Source: Sphaeroforma arctica JP610
Lineage: Eukaryota
Assembly: GCF_001186125.1 (NCBI RefSeq)
Contig: NW_014040456.1
Span: forward strand, 91,664 to 139,284
Reading direction: 5' to 3'
Length of the DNA stretch: 47,621 bases
A program made the translations under genes and the position numbers. Every line of letters begins with the position of its first letter. The stretch's first letter is position 1. Below are positions 37,636-47,621 of this stretch, one piece after another. Below the pieces are notes generated by a model. It made no database searches, was not told the origin of the DNA, and saw only the letters and a program-made list of their open reading frames with translations.

Positions 37636-40161
37636 CTACGTGTCATTGGTCACGGGTTGTTGCTCGGGAACAACGTCGGTAAAATCTGCGAACGGAACAT
37701 GACGGCGGCCAAAATATACGCTAAACGGCGCGCTTTTGTGTCGTCGGGAGATACGCAAATTCTGGTAAAGCATGGTAAAAGGTAGCCGTTCGTCCCATGC
37801 CTGAGGTATTGCCTTACAGCAGATGCGTATAGAGCGTGTTATCTCCGTGTGTCGACGTTCTGTTGCGCCCAGTACTTGCGGTCTGTATGGTGGTGAGATC
37901 TTATGGTGTATACCCACTTCTTTGACAATAAGAGCTACCATGTTATTAGTAAACTCCGTCCCCATATCGGTCTGCAGCTTGCGTGGGAATCCATGTTCAC
38001 CGAAGATGGCCAGTAACATTTGAGCGGTTGTTTCCTTAGTCTTATCGGGTGTGGCGCGTAATATCGAGTATCCGGATGCGACGCCTAACACATGTAAGAC
38101 AAATTTATACTGTCGGGAGGATGTCACCGACATTGGGATATAGTCCACCTGAATATGGTCCCATGGGTACTTCACATCAACACTCATCATTGGATGGAAC
38201 CCTTTACGCAAGGTGTCCTGGCCCAAACACTGACCACATTGCCATTTGATTTCAGTAGCTAATTCTAACGCCCCCGGCCAGACATGTCCTTTCTGCTGCA
38301 ACTGTTGGACAGTATCGGCGGCGCCGTGATGGCCTTGCTCATGATGCGCCTGTGTGAGTTGTGTCCGCCGTTGTTGTTCCATCGGAGTGGCATTCACGAA
38401 CGCTAGTTGTACCGCTTCACTTGCCAACGCAACGGAAATCTCCCGCGCAGTGTCCAAACATTGATGGTATGGTGTGTGACGAGGATCGGCGTATATTAAC
38501 CGTTGGGTGAAGCTCTCTGCTAGTTGGAATCCCGACGGTGGGCCCACTCGTGCCACCACCGTGTGGCCCCATGGAGTCTTCCCGCAAGCATACTTCGCAT
38601 ATTTCAGAAATGTATGCCGGGTTCGGGGTACTACCATGGGCTCGGCTTGCAGTAATGATTGGAAGAGGTCAAACCATGGTGCTCGAAGGGTCCAAGGTAG
38701 GCATACCGTTGCCGTGGCTCCATCTGTTTTGATCTTCCGTAGCATGCGGTGTATCAGTTTCCATGGCGGGTTCATCCATCCATCGACCAGCGCCCAGTCA
38801 TGGTCAAATTGCGGTCATTTTTAGTCCAGAACCTGGGCAGCTGAGCGTTGTGAGGTACTGCGAATACGTCTATATTGTTATGGCCATAGACACGTTGAGC
38901 CTGTTCAAAATAGCTGAGAAATAGTTGCCAGCAGTCTAGATACAGCACCTCTGGTACATCCGTCTCCACTGTTCCTTCATGTATCCGACTGAGCATGTCC
39001 GGCAGTACATTATTCTCCCCTGTATATGCGAAATAGTAAAATCAAAAGGCGCTATTATATGATGCCAACGCTGTAACATAGGGTTAAGCTTCAGTTGGGT
39101 GTTCATATATACTAAAGCCTTGTGATCCGTAAACACCGCGAAGAGTTGTCCGTTGAGGTAGTCGCGGAAGTGTGTCAAACCATAAACTAACGCCAGGAGT
39201 TCCTTCATCGGCGTTGTATAGTTCTGCTGAGCGTGATTGAGGGTTTTACTGAAGAACATGAGGTAGTGTTTCTTACCCTCCACCCACTGAAATAGCGCTC
39301 CCCCTAGTCCGTAGTCACTAGCGTCCGTCTCGAGGTTGAGTGGGACTTTATCTACCGGGAAGTGTAATGCTACTGCGTACACTATCGGATCCTTCATCGC
39401 TTGCCAAGCGTCCGCATGGCGTCGCTCCCACCTGTCTCCTATCAGTTCGGTTGGTTTGAGCTTACAGAATTCACGTAGTGGCGCCACCACGTGTGCAAAA
39501 TTGGATAGGTGAAATTAGCCAGGCCCAACGCAGAGGCAATGTCCTTGTACCGCTAAGGTGTTAGCCAGTCTAGAAGTTTGGCCTGTTTCTCAAAGTCGAC
39601 ATCAATCCCCTTCGCCGAGACTTTCTTGCCCATTATCATAACTTCCGCAATTGCAAAATGACACTTGGCCGGATTCAGTTTGAAGCTATGGTATGTCAGT
39701 CTCTTGATCACCTCCTTCACTGTAGCCACGTGTTCTTCGTAATCGTCGTTGGCTATTACTATGGTGTCGATGTAGTGGTGGACTGGCAAACAATCGAGTA
39801 TCGTACTATGTGTTCGTTGAAATTGCTGTGTCAGCACGTGCAAACCGAATGGTGCCGATGTGAACGAGTACTGACATCTGTCGTGTGTGAAGCTGAACAG
39901 ATATCTAGAGTCGGGATATATCGGGAGTCTATGGTATGCTGCCGATATGCCGAGTGTAATATAGTACTTCCTGCTCTTTAATCTAGAAATGATCTCATTC
40001 ACTTTCGGTATCAAGAACTGGTCTCCTGGTATCAGTGCGTTGACCGCTCGCACATCTAGGCAGACGCGTACCTTCTTAACGTTGCCCTCACTGTCGAATG
40101 TCGGAACCGCTAGAAGTGGAAGACTAACCGTCGTCGGTATCGTACGCTTCGTGATCACCAA
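37636..40161 (-). pseudogene. Family C pol (RT-RH-MT-IN), disrupted
   Basis: RT (APFGL, HHYIDT), RH (ETDASD, FTDHKAL), MT (IDVFAVPHNAQLP...NPPW), IN (HHEQGH...CGQC, HIQVD, QTDMGTEF, LGATER). Confidence 0.9.
38540..38937 (-). pseudogene. DIRS/Dam-like methyltransferase-type domain, family C
   Basis: DCWQL...YGHNNIDVFAVPHNAQLPRFW.../NPPWKLIHRMLRKIKTDGATATVCLPWTLRAPWF...GKTPWGHTVVARVG; the second half is in frame with the integrase. Confidence 0.85.
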
Positions 40162-41356
40162 GTCTTTTAATCATTCCTGTACTTATCGAATACGAAATTG
40201 CGTGTTGACCTTCTCATGCTCATTGCTTGCTCGTGCTACTGGTATCGCCACCTCACTCCCCTCTAAGCGACAACGTGCATTATCCTCAATAGCGGCGTTC
40301 GTTTCTGAAACTGTGGCAAGTCGTGCCCGCACTCCGTCTGGTTCGGTAATATCGGGGGCCTGGCGGCGAGCCACTGGCTTGAGAAGGTCGTCGAGCTCTG
40401 TTGGGTCGATAGGTGTCAGCGGTGATTGTATCCCTCCCAGGTATAATCGTCGATGCCGTCGGGTAGATTCATCAGTTCAAATGACCAGTTGATAATCTCG
40501 TATCCAGTGCCCTATTTGTTCTTCTTGTGTCCCTTAACCTCTCATGCCTTACCTAATGTCCTTACTTCTAAGTTCTCGTTTCTACTTAACATGTTTAGAC
40601 TGCACTTTCTATACACAGGTCTACGTAGGCAACACTAAGAACAACCTTCAATGTTACACTAGTGCGTGCATCCTCTTTACGTACCTTGTCGATGTTCCTA
40701 TTGCTTCCCAACTGGGTGCTGTTTTCAACTGAAGACACCTACCTAAACATATTCTGCACTCTTCTTTTGTCGCTGTGTACGTCCTGCGGATGTATCGCCG
40801 TCCAATCCGGTGTATAACCAAATCGATGCGATGGAATTGACCTTGGTGTTGGTCTCTTTTGATCTTGGCCCAACCCTTCCTGTCTCCTAATTCTATTAGT
40901 TCCGGGTGTCGTTTCCAGTGGAACCTTCCCTTCAGACTTCCTCTCTTTGCTTTCTGGTGACGCCACCCTAACGTTCAATCGGGCGGGATGACTGCGATTG
41001 TATAGTATCTGTCTACGGTTATGTAGTCCCATTCATCTTGTGTTTCTCTTAATTTCCTGAGTTCCCCCCAACTTCTTCGGGTTCTGAAGCACTGCTTTCG
41101 TTTGTTAACAGTGCTGGCATACTGTCACTAGTGTCACTGCTTACAAAAGCACTCTCTGTACCGTCTCATCTTCGCAATTCTATTCCATGGGTCGCCATTT
41201 CCGTGGACGATGTCGATGTTTATGTCATCTCTTTCCTCCCTTTTCTACTATAAAATTTTATTTTACTGTATTACTCTGGGTCCTATGGGCCCCCGCTAGT
41301 ATCTATTCTTCTTCAGGATATGTTCAATAATGTCCAACCTACAAGTAAGTTAAAAA

Positions 41357-41595
41357 TGTAGTGGATCATAAAGATAACTGTATCTCAACGTACTCCCCTC
41401 GTACAAGGGGAGGCGTTGTTCATTTATTGAGCTATACCTGACACTATATTTTGATAATATGTTTTCCTACTCAGATTTACTTTGAACGGATCCAGTTTCA
41501 AAATATAGTTTCTAAACCCCTAATACTGAATAAGCCCTAATATTAAATAAACCCTAATCCCCAAATAAACCCTGTCCAGGGACCTCCTGACTACA
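41357..41595 (-). repeat. Family C 5' LTR
   Basis: tgtagt...gactaca, homologous to 36759-37082. Confidence 0.9.
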
Positions 41596-41599
41596 CCAA

Positions 41600-42360
41600 G
41601 TGGACACCATAGGGCCACTATTGGATTCCAATAGAGGACACACATACGTGTTAGTAAGGCTTGATGTATATTCATCGTACGTCATTTTGCATCCAATGAT
41701 GGACAAATCAGCGGCTACCATAGCACGCACACTGGTACCAATTATGTTTGAACATGGGTTTCCACAAATCATACAAACGGACCAAGGCACTGAATACGTT
41801 AACAACATACTCTCAAAAGTTGTTGAACAAGCGCCAATGCAACACTTAGTCTCTCGGCCATATTAACCTAAAGTCTTAGGCGCGAACGAACGATCACATA
41901 GAGACCTCATGCCACTACTACGGAAATTCGTTGAACATAATCCATGTAACTGGTGTTCACGACTTCCATTCGTACAGAGGGGCCATATTCTGCGTACATC
42001 CAGAAGCTACAAGTCACAGCGCTTTAATGTGTACTTTGGTCGCAGACAGAATCAACTCACAGACTACAATGAGCCAGTGACCGCACCCAGTACAGCAGTA
42101 TCTTGGGAAGAGCGACTGCAAAATCTAGAAGAAGCCGTTAGGCCACAACTAGAGAGCAATGTTGCACAGTATCAAGAGAAGATGCGAGCAGCATACGATC
42201 GGAAATACCAACATAAGTATGTAAACTCCCAGGAAGAGGACCTTGCCATGGTCTGCTATCAACGTGAAATGAACAAGTTAACAGCACCAAATAGCTGACC
42301 ATAAAGATAGTATGCAGTGAGGGCAATGAGTATTTTGTCTGTAACCTTGATGGGACTAAA
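41600..42360 (+). pseudogene. Family A copy 2 integrase core (continuation after element C)
   Basis: VDTIGPL...QTDQGTEY...LGANER; homologous to 7190-7832 plus 16437-16560 on minus. Confidence 0.88.
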
Positions 42361-42368
42361 GCCCCCGA

Positions 42369-42486
42369 TCTACCGCTAAAATTTCTGATTGCTCTAATAT
42401 CAGAAATATTACAATCCTCAATATTTGATGATCCTGGGTTTTGGGATTCGGATTGGCTTTTTGATAATATGGTCCCTAGATGCTAC
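42369..42486 (-). repeat. Partial family A-type LTR
   Basis: Matches the taccgcta...ccctagatgctaca end of the family A LTR. Confidence 0.8.
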
Positions 42487-43248
42487 ATCCTTACACTGAA
42501 CAATTTTTTCACTGAGACACGATACTTACACTTGAGTGTTTAAGAACACCACGCTTGAACACGATAGGGTTATAAACACGATATGGTTACCTTGCTAGTT
42601 CTTCTGCCTGGTATCTTTGATTTCTCGGCTGACTTCTTATTGGTTTCTTTGTGCCCAATTTCCTGCTAACATCCAGTGGTTGAATTTCTTCTTTTCTCTT
42701 CCCTACATCTGTGGTCAGAGTCTTCTCGGTTTCCTTGTTGGTGCCTCTTCTTGTCTGGTTATCTTCTCGTCTCTCTTCTTAATTATTGAGACACCTTGTA
42801 GGATATTAAAAAAGTTTTAAATTTATAGGAAACACCTTGTGGGGTACTTCACTCGTTCTTTCATTTTGTTTGTAGAGTGCAAGTTATTTGACTTATCTAA
42901 GTAAGGATATTGTTAGAAAATGTAGAGTATGGTAGCTGAAAAGTACGAGCCAATGAATACAATAGACCTCGTCTCAAGTACGGTTATCTCAGCTAGGGAA
43001 AGTCCGTAGTCTGAGAGAACCGAACAGAGTCTTTATTTGTGTTTTATATTTCACAAGACTCAGGATTTTACTCGAGTGTTTCTATCACACGCGGACTCCC
43101 GGTTTTGCTTACCGGTTCTACCGCTAATTGTTTCTGATGACTCTAATATCAGAAATATTCCAATCCTAATTCCAAAACTCAATATTTGATGATTCTGGGT
43201 TTTGGGAGTTAGATTGGCTTTTTGTTATTCTGGTCCTTATATGCTACA
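42487..43248 (-). mobile_element. Family A-type 5' LTR (42921-43248) with truncated leader
   Basis: TG...CA LTR; adjacent gacttatctaagtaaggatattgttagaaaa matches the sequence next to the LTR at 23835. Confidence 0.82.
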
Positions 43249-44632
43249 CTAGCGCTATTGACTACGAAGTGTTCTTCGTGGTCATCACAGAAGGGAATTG
43301 TGCGCTGTACTTGTACAGCTGCAGTATTTCGACCACAATCCCAAAAAGAGAGCTCGCAGCGACGGAGTAGTAAGGCTGCACAATAGTTTATCGGTTGCCT
43401 CATCCAGAAGTGCAGGTGCGACCTCCAAAACTTCGGACCCTACAATTATCAAAGATGGGATGGGCACACTTGCTAGAAATCGATTATTTGTCTTCAAACG
43501 TAAGTTAGTAGGTGAGCAAGCATCTATGCCATACTCAGTCCTTTCGCCTTGGTCTTCTATTTTTGTTTTTGTGTGTGTGCATAATCTGGTATCCTTCTTC
43601 TCCGCTGCCGACGTGGCTTTTCCTGGGTCTTTTAATTTCTTTGTTAGACTCTCCAGCTACTTCTTATACTCCCTTTGTTAACGTACTACCGGAGCAGCAT
43701 CACTAACAGTAGCTGTATTGGGCTTCTTGCTTTGCACTTCTTTAGAATTGTGCGTGTTTGTAATATTGGTAGGTTCTCTCAGGGCTATATTTCGAGTCTT
43801 TTCTTCGTGCTTACGTGCGGCAACTTTTTTTTTTGCTGCAATGTCATCGGGTGGTCTTCGAGGCTTGTACGTCCTTTTGACATGGACGGACGCATCGGAC
43901 TGCTTGTCTGCGTGTGTTAATTTGTGTGCGCTACGTTCTTCATTAAGCGGCTGGGTCGCTTCGATGGTTGACGGGCCCACACTACTTACAATCATAGTAA
44001 CGGTTCTATTCGTATCACGCCATCGATTCACTGCAGGACTTGTTGTTGCGGGTCAGGTTTTGCATTCATCAATGTCTCTTACTTTTGTTGTCTCAACTGA
44101 TATGCTTAAAAGGTCTGCGATCACAGCTATCTTAACCACGATGAATGTAGTGGTGCTCGGGTAGAAAAGGACATACTAACGTATAAATACGTGCATACTA
44201 TCAGTTTTATACTTGTTTAAAAAATATCGGTATATGGTGCAATCGCACATACATCATCGTCAGAGATGCTCTCACTTTGAAAGACAATAGAAAACTCAAT
44301 ACTTGTCCGATCCAGGGGATAAATACCATAAACGCATTTTGTTGATTGTAATAAAAATAGTAGCTCGCACTTTTCTTTGTACATATTGCCAAAAGGGGGG
44401 AGGAAGGGTGGGGTTGAAAATTTTGAGCGGTGCTAACTTGCTTTTGGTTTTGGGCACTACCCTGGGTTGGAATCAACAACATAGTTTTTTTATAGTTCAA
44501 CTAAGTCTATCAAACTTCTTTATATCTGAATAAACAAACAAAACATATATAGATATAGAAAGTACTTACATTTGTTCGACACATAAATACAATAAATACA
44601 CTCTTGGGGAACATAACTTATATTGCCCGTTA

Positions 44633-47187
44633 GGCTATGGGCCTTTCTTAGGCATTTGATACTCAATTAATCATGAACGACAACACTGCAACTATCGCAG
44701 TCCCCGCAGCCGCTGGATGCTTCTATCGTTCAGTGATGACAACCACGATGTCGGCTCGACGATATTCGCGTTGCCTTTTCCACTGCCAAACAAAATGAAC
44801 TACCAGTTCTAGAATTTGTCCAAGATGGACAACCACAGACCCCCCCCTCGGGTCAAACCCCCATCGTGTACCTGCCCGCACATGTTCACTTCCACACAAC
44901 CCGATTCCGTACTACCGCTACTGAAGCTGGCACCTATGCATAAGCTCGCCAGATTCTCTTACGATCTGCCTTACTCACTCGACCTCGATGAAATGATATC
45001 TGATCTATGGACACTTTTGCAAATACCGCGCAATTTGTATTTCCAAAAATTGGCTACCGTTGCACTACATATCAAGTTTGCTCATTTAGAGACATTCAAG
45101 GTGTGATCCAGGACGACGAGAACATGTGCACATGGGCAAATCGTTGTCTCAAATCGAAACGTACTGCCGCACACCAGGATAATTGTGTATCTTCTGTATT
45201 TATACCAGATGCTTTCCTTTTTGGCCTCGACCAAGCTGCTCAGGATCAAGCTCGCAAATTCCTTGTCACTAATACTTGCACTAATATCTCACCACTCTAC
45301 ATTTGCGAGTGGATTGAGACATGGCGGCAAACCGACCCGCACGCTAGCAACGTCGCTTTTCTCTCATTCGTCCGTCATCCAACTCGCAACAACCGGCCGC
45401 ACACGTCCAATTCAGACGTGCTCAAGAGACTAGATGATCTCGCGATCACACTGGTTACCACGTAATCCGCCCCCTTGGTTCGTCTGTATGTCTGCTTGAA
45501 TACCACCCACTCTGACAGCGACTGCCCTTCCGGATGCGATTGTTGTGAAAGTTCTGTTCACCGCAATGTATCATGCGATGCCGGTTCCTTAACCTACAAT
45601 TTATGCTTCATCAATGGACATTCTGCTAAAGTCTGCTCAAAACGCGTCGCAAACAAATCCGCTTCCAACTATTACGAAATAATCGCTCAATTTCTTTACG
45701 TACTACCTCCACTGCCATAGTACATCCACATGACCCGCTTCTTATCGACGATGGGGCCACAGTTAATTATCTACACTCAACTGCCCGATATTTACTTCGT
45801 GATGTTGAAACCAGCCATTCCCACTACTTCTCGCTGATGATTCTCTCACCCACGTCACCGAACGAGGTATATTCCCAGGTTTAGGTTTGACCTACCTCAG
45901 CCCTTCACTATCGCAGTAAATGGTCTTCCAAAACAGACTCCAGGACAATTGATATCGACTAGAGATCCCTGATAATCGCCGAATATGTCATATTCATCAT
46001 TCTGACCCCTCAGTATCCCTGCCACTCGCCAAGGGAGGGTACAGCATTACATACGAGCGGCTCGAAATCTCGCAAGTCTGTCATTTTCTCCGCCGTCCCT
46101 CAAATCATTCCGTCTGACCGACAATGACGCTGAACCCACAGATTCTGACACCGAATTTTACACGGAAAATAGCGCTGTTGCTGAACATTCTGCTAATTCT
46201 ATTCCCCAACTGTTGGTGTTGACAAAGAAGACTGAATGCTAAACAGGAATCATTGGCGATCGGCCACGACCCACAACGACTTTGAACCGAGCATCGACAT
46301 TTATACATAACCTACCAGTTCACAGTAACCCCGGTATGTTGCGAGGGTGGAGAAATAAATGATTTTCGGAAGGTAAATTTAATTACGGAGAAATGCTACA
46401 ATGGCAACTCCAGATGGACTGATATCAATGGTCTGATTCGCCTCAACGTCTCTATCGGCTCCACTATTGCCATCTGTGTGCCACTCCGCCTCTGTGCAAA
46501 GTGGTGGCCCCTCTTCATTTCTCGCATTCAAAGTTCGCCGTACATTATTCTGAATACTAATAAGACATTACACCAATATGACACCACCGCTGTCGATCAC
46601 CCTACTTGGAGACATACGTCCTAGTGGCCAAATTGAGACCCTGACATCCTCTCATTGCTCCCAAAACTGCTCTTTAATTAGCAATTGAGTTTATAAATGC
46701 CAACCCCAAATTCCCAAAACATTGCCAAGTGTGTCTTAAAAGAAAACTCAAGCGCAAGGCTGTTGCTCATCATACCTTCAACACCGTATATGGTCCGGCC
46801 GAGTAATTTCATATTGATTTGCAAGGCCCCATGCCTGCCGATCGTCATGATAACAAGTACGCACTCAAAAAGATCGGTGATGGCACGAAATGCGGCCTCC
46901 ACAATATTTTGCCGAACAAACATAATGTTACTAACGACGTCAAGGCATTTTTGGTCCAGTTCCCCTCCCACTACAAACCACGTCGGCTCATCGGATAATG
47001 TTTTCCAGAGTGAACCTACACGCGCCATGCTGCTCGAACGAAATATAGATCTGCATCGTACATCGACACACACACTACAGCTCAGTAGTAAAGTCGAGCG
47101 TGCCCATGGCACCTTGAATCAGCACACACGCACATTGCTATTGAACTCTAAAGCAGCCGCTACCACTTTGGAGCCGGGATAGAGCAT
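44633..47187 (+). mobile_element. Ty1/Copia-like retrotransposon, 5' part (PBS-gag-PR-MT-IN), decayed and cut by a family A LTR
   Basis: GGCTATGGGCC at 44633 resembles the copia tRNA-iMet-half PBS GGTTATGGGCCC. Cys/His knuckles at ~45490-45640, protease LLIDDGAT at ~45740, integrase CQVCLKRKLKRK...FHIDLQGP...KY and T.QLSSKVERAHGTL...RTLLLNS. No RT between PR and IN. Confidence 0.72.
46250..46640 (+). pseudogene. Degenerate DIRS/Dam-like methyltransferase-type domain in the Copia-like element
   Basis: Manual translation FEPSIDIYT*PTSSQ*P ... GNSRWTDINGLIRLNVSIGSTIAICVPLRLCAKWWPLFISRIQSSPYIILNTNKTL...PTWRHT/LVAKL aligns motif by motif with the MT of families A, B and C. Confidence 0.6.
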
Positions 47188-47531
47188 TTGTAGAGTATAG
47201 AGAGTAGCTGAAAAGACACAACTAAACGATACAATATACCTCTTCTCAAGTACGGCTATATCAGCTAGAAAAAGTCCTTAGGCTGAGATAACCGAACTGA
47301 GTCTTTATTTGTGTTTTTTGATACACTAAACTCAGGTTTTACTTGAGTGTTTCTCTCACACGCGGAGTCCTGGTATAGGTTGCCGGCTCTACCGCTATTA
47401 TTTCTGATGACTCCTGATGACTCTCATATCAGGAATATTTGAATCCCGATTCCACAACTCAATATTTGATGATTCTGAGTTTTAGGGATTTGAATTGACT
47501 TTTTTGTTGTTGTTGATAATCTGGCCCCTAG
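47188..47531 (-). repeat. Family A-type LTR interrupting the Copia-like integrase
   Basis: Begins tgtagag, homologous to the other family A LTRs, right end degenerate. Confidence 0.82.
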
Positions 47532-47621
47532 TGTAATAATCTCCTCTCCATGTGCTTCATGCAATGTGTCCTAGTTCTGGTTTTTATTTGTTTCAGTGTT
47601 GTTCTTGTCTTTGACACTTGG

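Larger units (their letters stand above)
36759..41595 (-). mobile_element. Ty3/Gypsy chromovirus, family C (internally deleted), inserted in the integrase of family A copy 2
   Basis: LTRs 36759-37082 and 41357-41595 with TG...CA termini and a 4-bp TSD CCAA (36755-36758, 41596-41599). Contains RT (39553-40161), RH (38936-39490), MT+IN (37636-38996) and a chromodomain. Confidence 0.92.
27506..42368 (+). mobile_element. Ty3/Gypsy LTR retrotransposon, family A, copy 2 (3'-truncated; hosts a LINE and element C)
   Basis: 5' LTR 27506-27825, leader homologous to 21330-23834, gag-pol 32485-36758, integrase resumes at 41600-42360 after element C. Confidence 0.88.

Noticed and set aside
35668..38996. 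Classifying the MT-bearing elements as DIRS retrotransposons
   Set aside because: No tyrosine recombinase motifs seen. The elements have direct TG...CA LTRs, PPTs, HHCC/DDE integrases, chromodomains and, for C, a 4-bp TSD.

Overview
Eukaryotic (intron-containing, probably non-animal) genomic window. The first ~5.6 kb is host sequence: the last exon of a low-complexity hypothetical gene (+), and a four-exon RPL18 gene (-) whose introns 2 and 3 each hold a U18/SNORD18-like box C/D snoRNA. From ~6.1 kb to the end is a nested cluster of decayed retrotransposons: two long copies and several fragments of a Ty3/Gypsy chromovirus-like family (here 'A'), two other Gypsy families ('B', 'C') each inserted into the integrase of an A copy, a Ty1/Copia-like element, non-LTR (LINE) fragments, and a 950-N gap. 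The main observation is that all four LTR lineages carry a DIRS/Dam-like DNA N6-adenine methyltransferase-type domain (D[LMVI]FA...NA...NPPW...T[IV]C[VL]P...W[FW]...TPW) directly upstream of a DDE integrase: RT-RNaseH-MT-IN-chromodomain in the Gypsy families and gag-PR-MT-IN in the Copia-like one. All TE reading frames here are broken by stops or frameshifts. Domain calls come from motif recognition by eye; no database searches were run.
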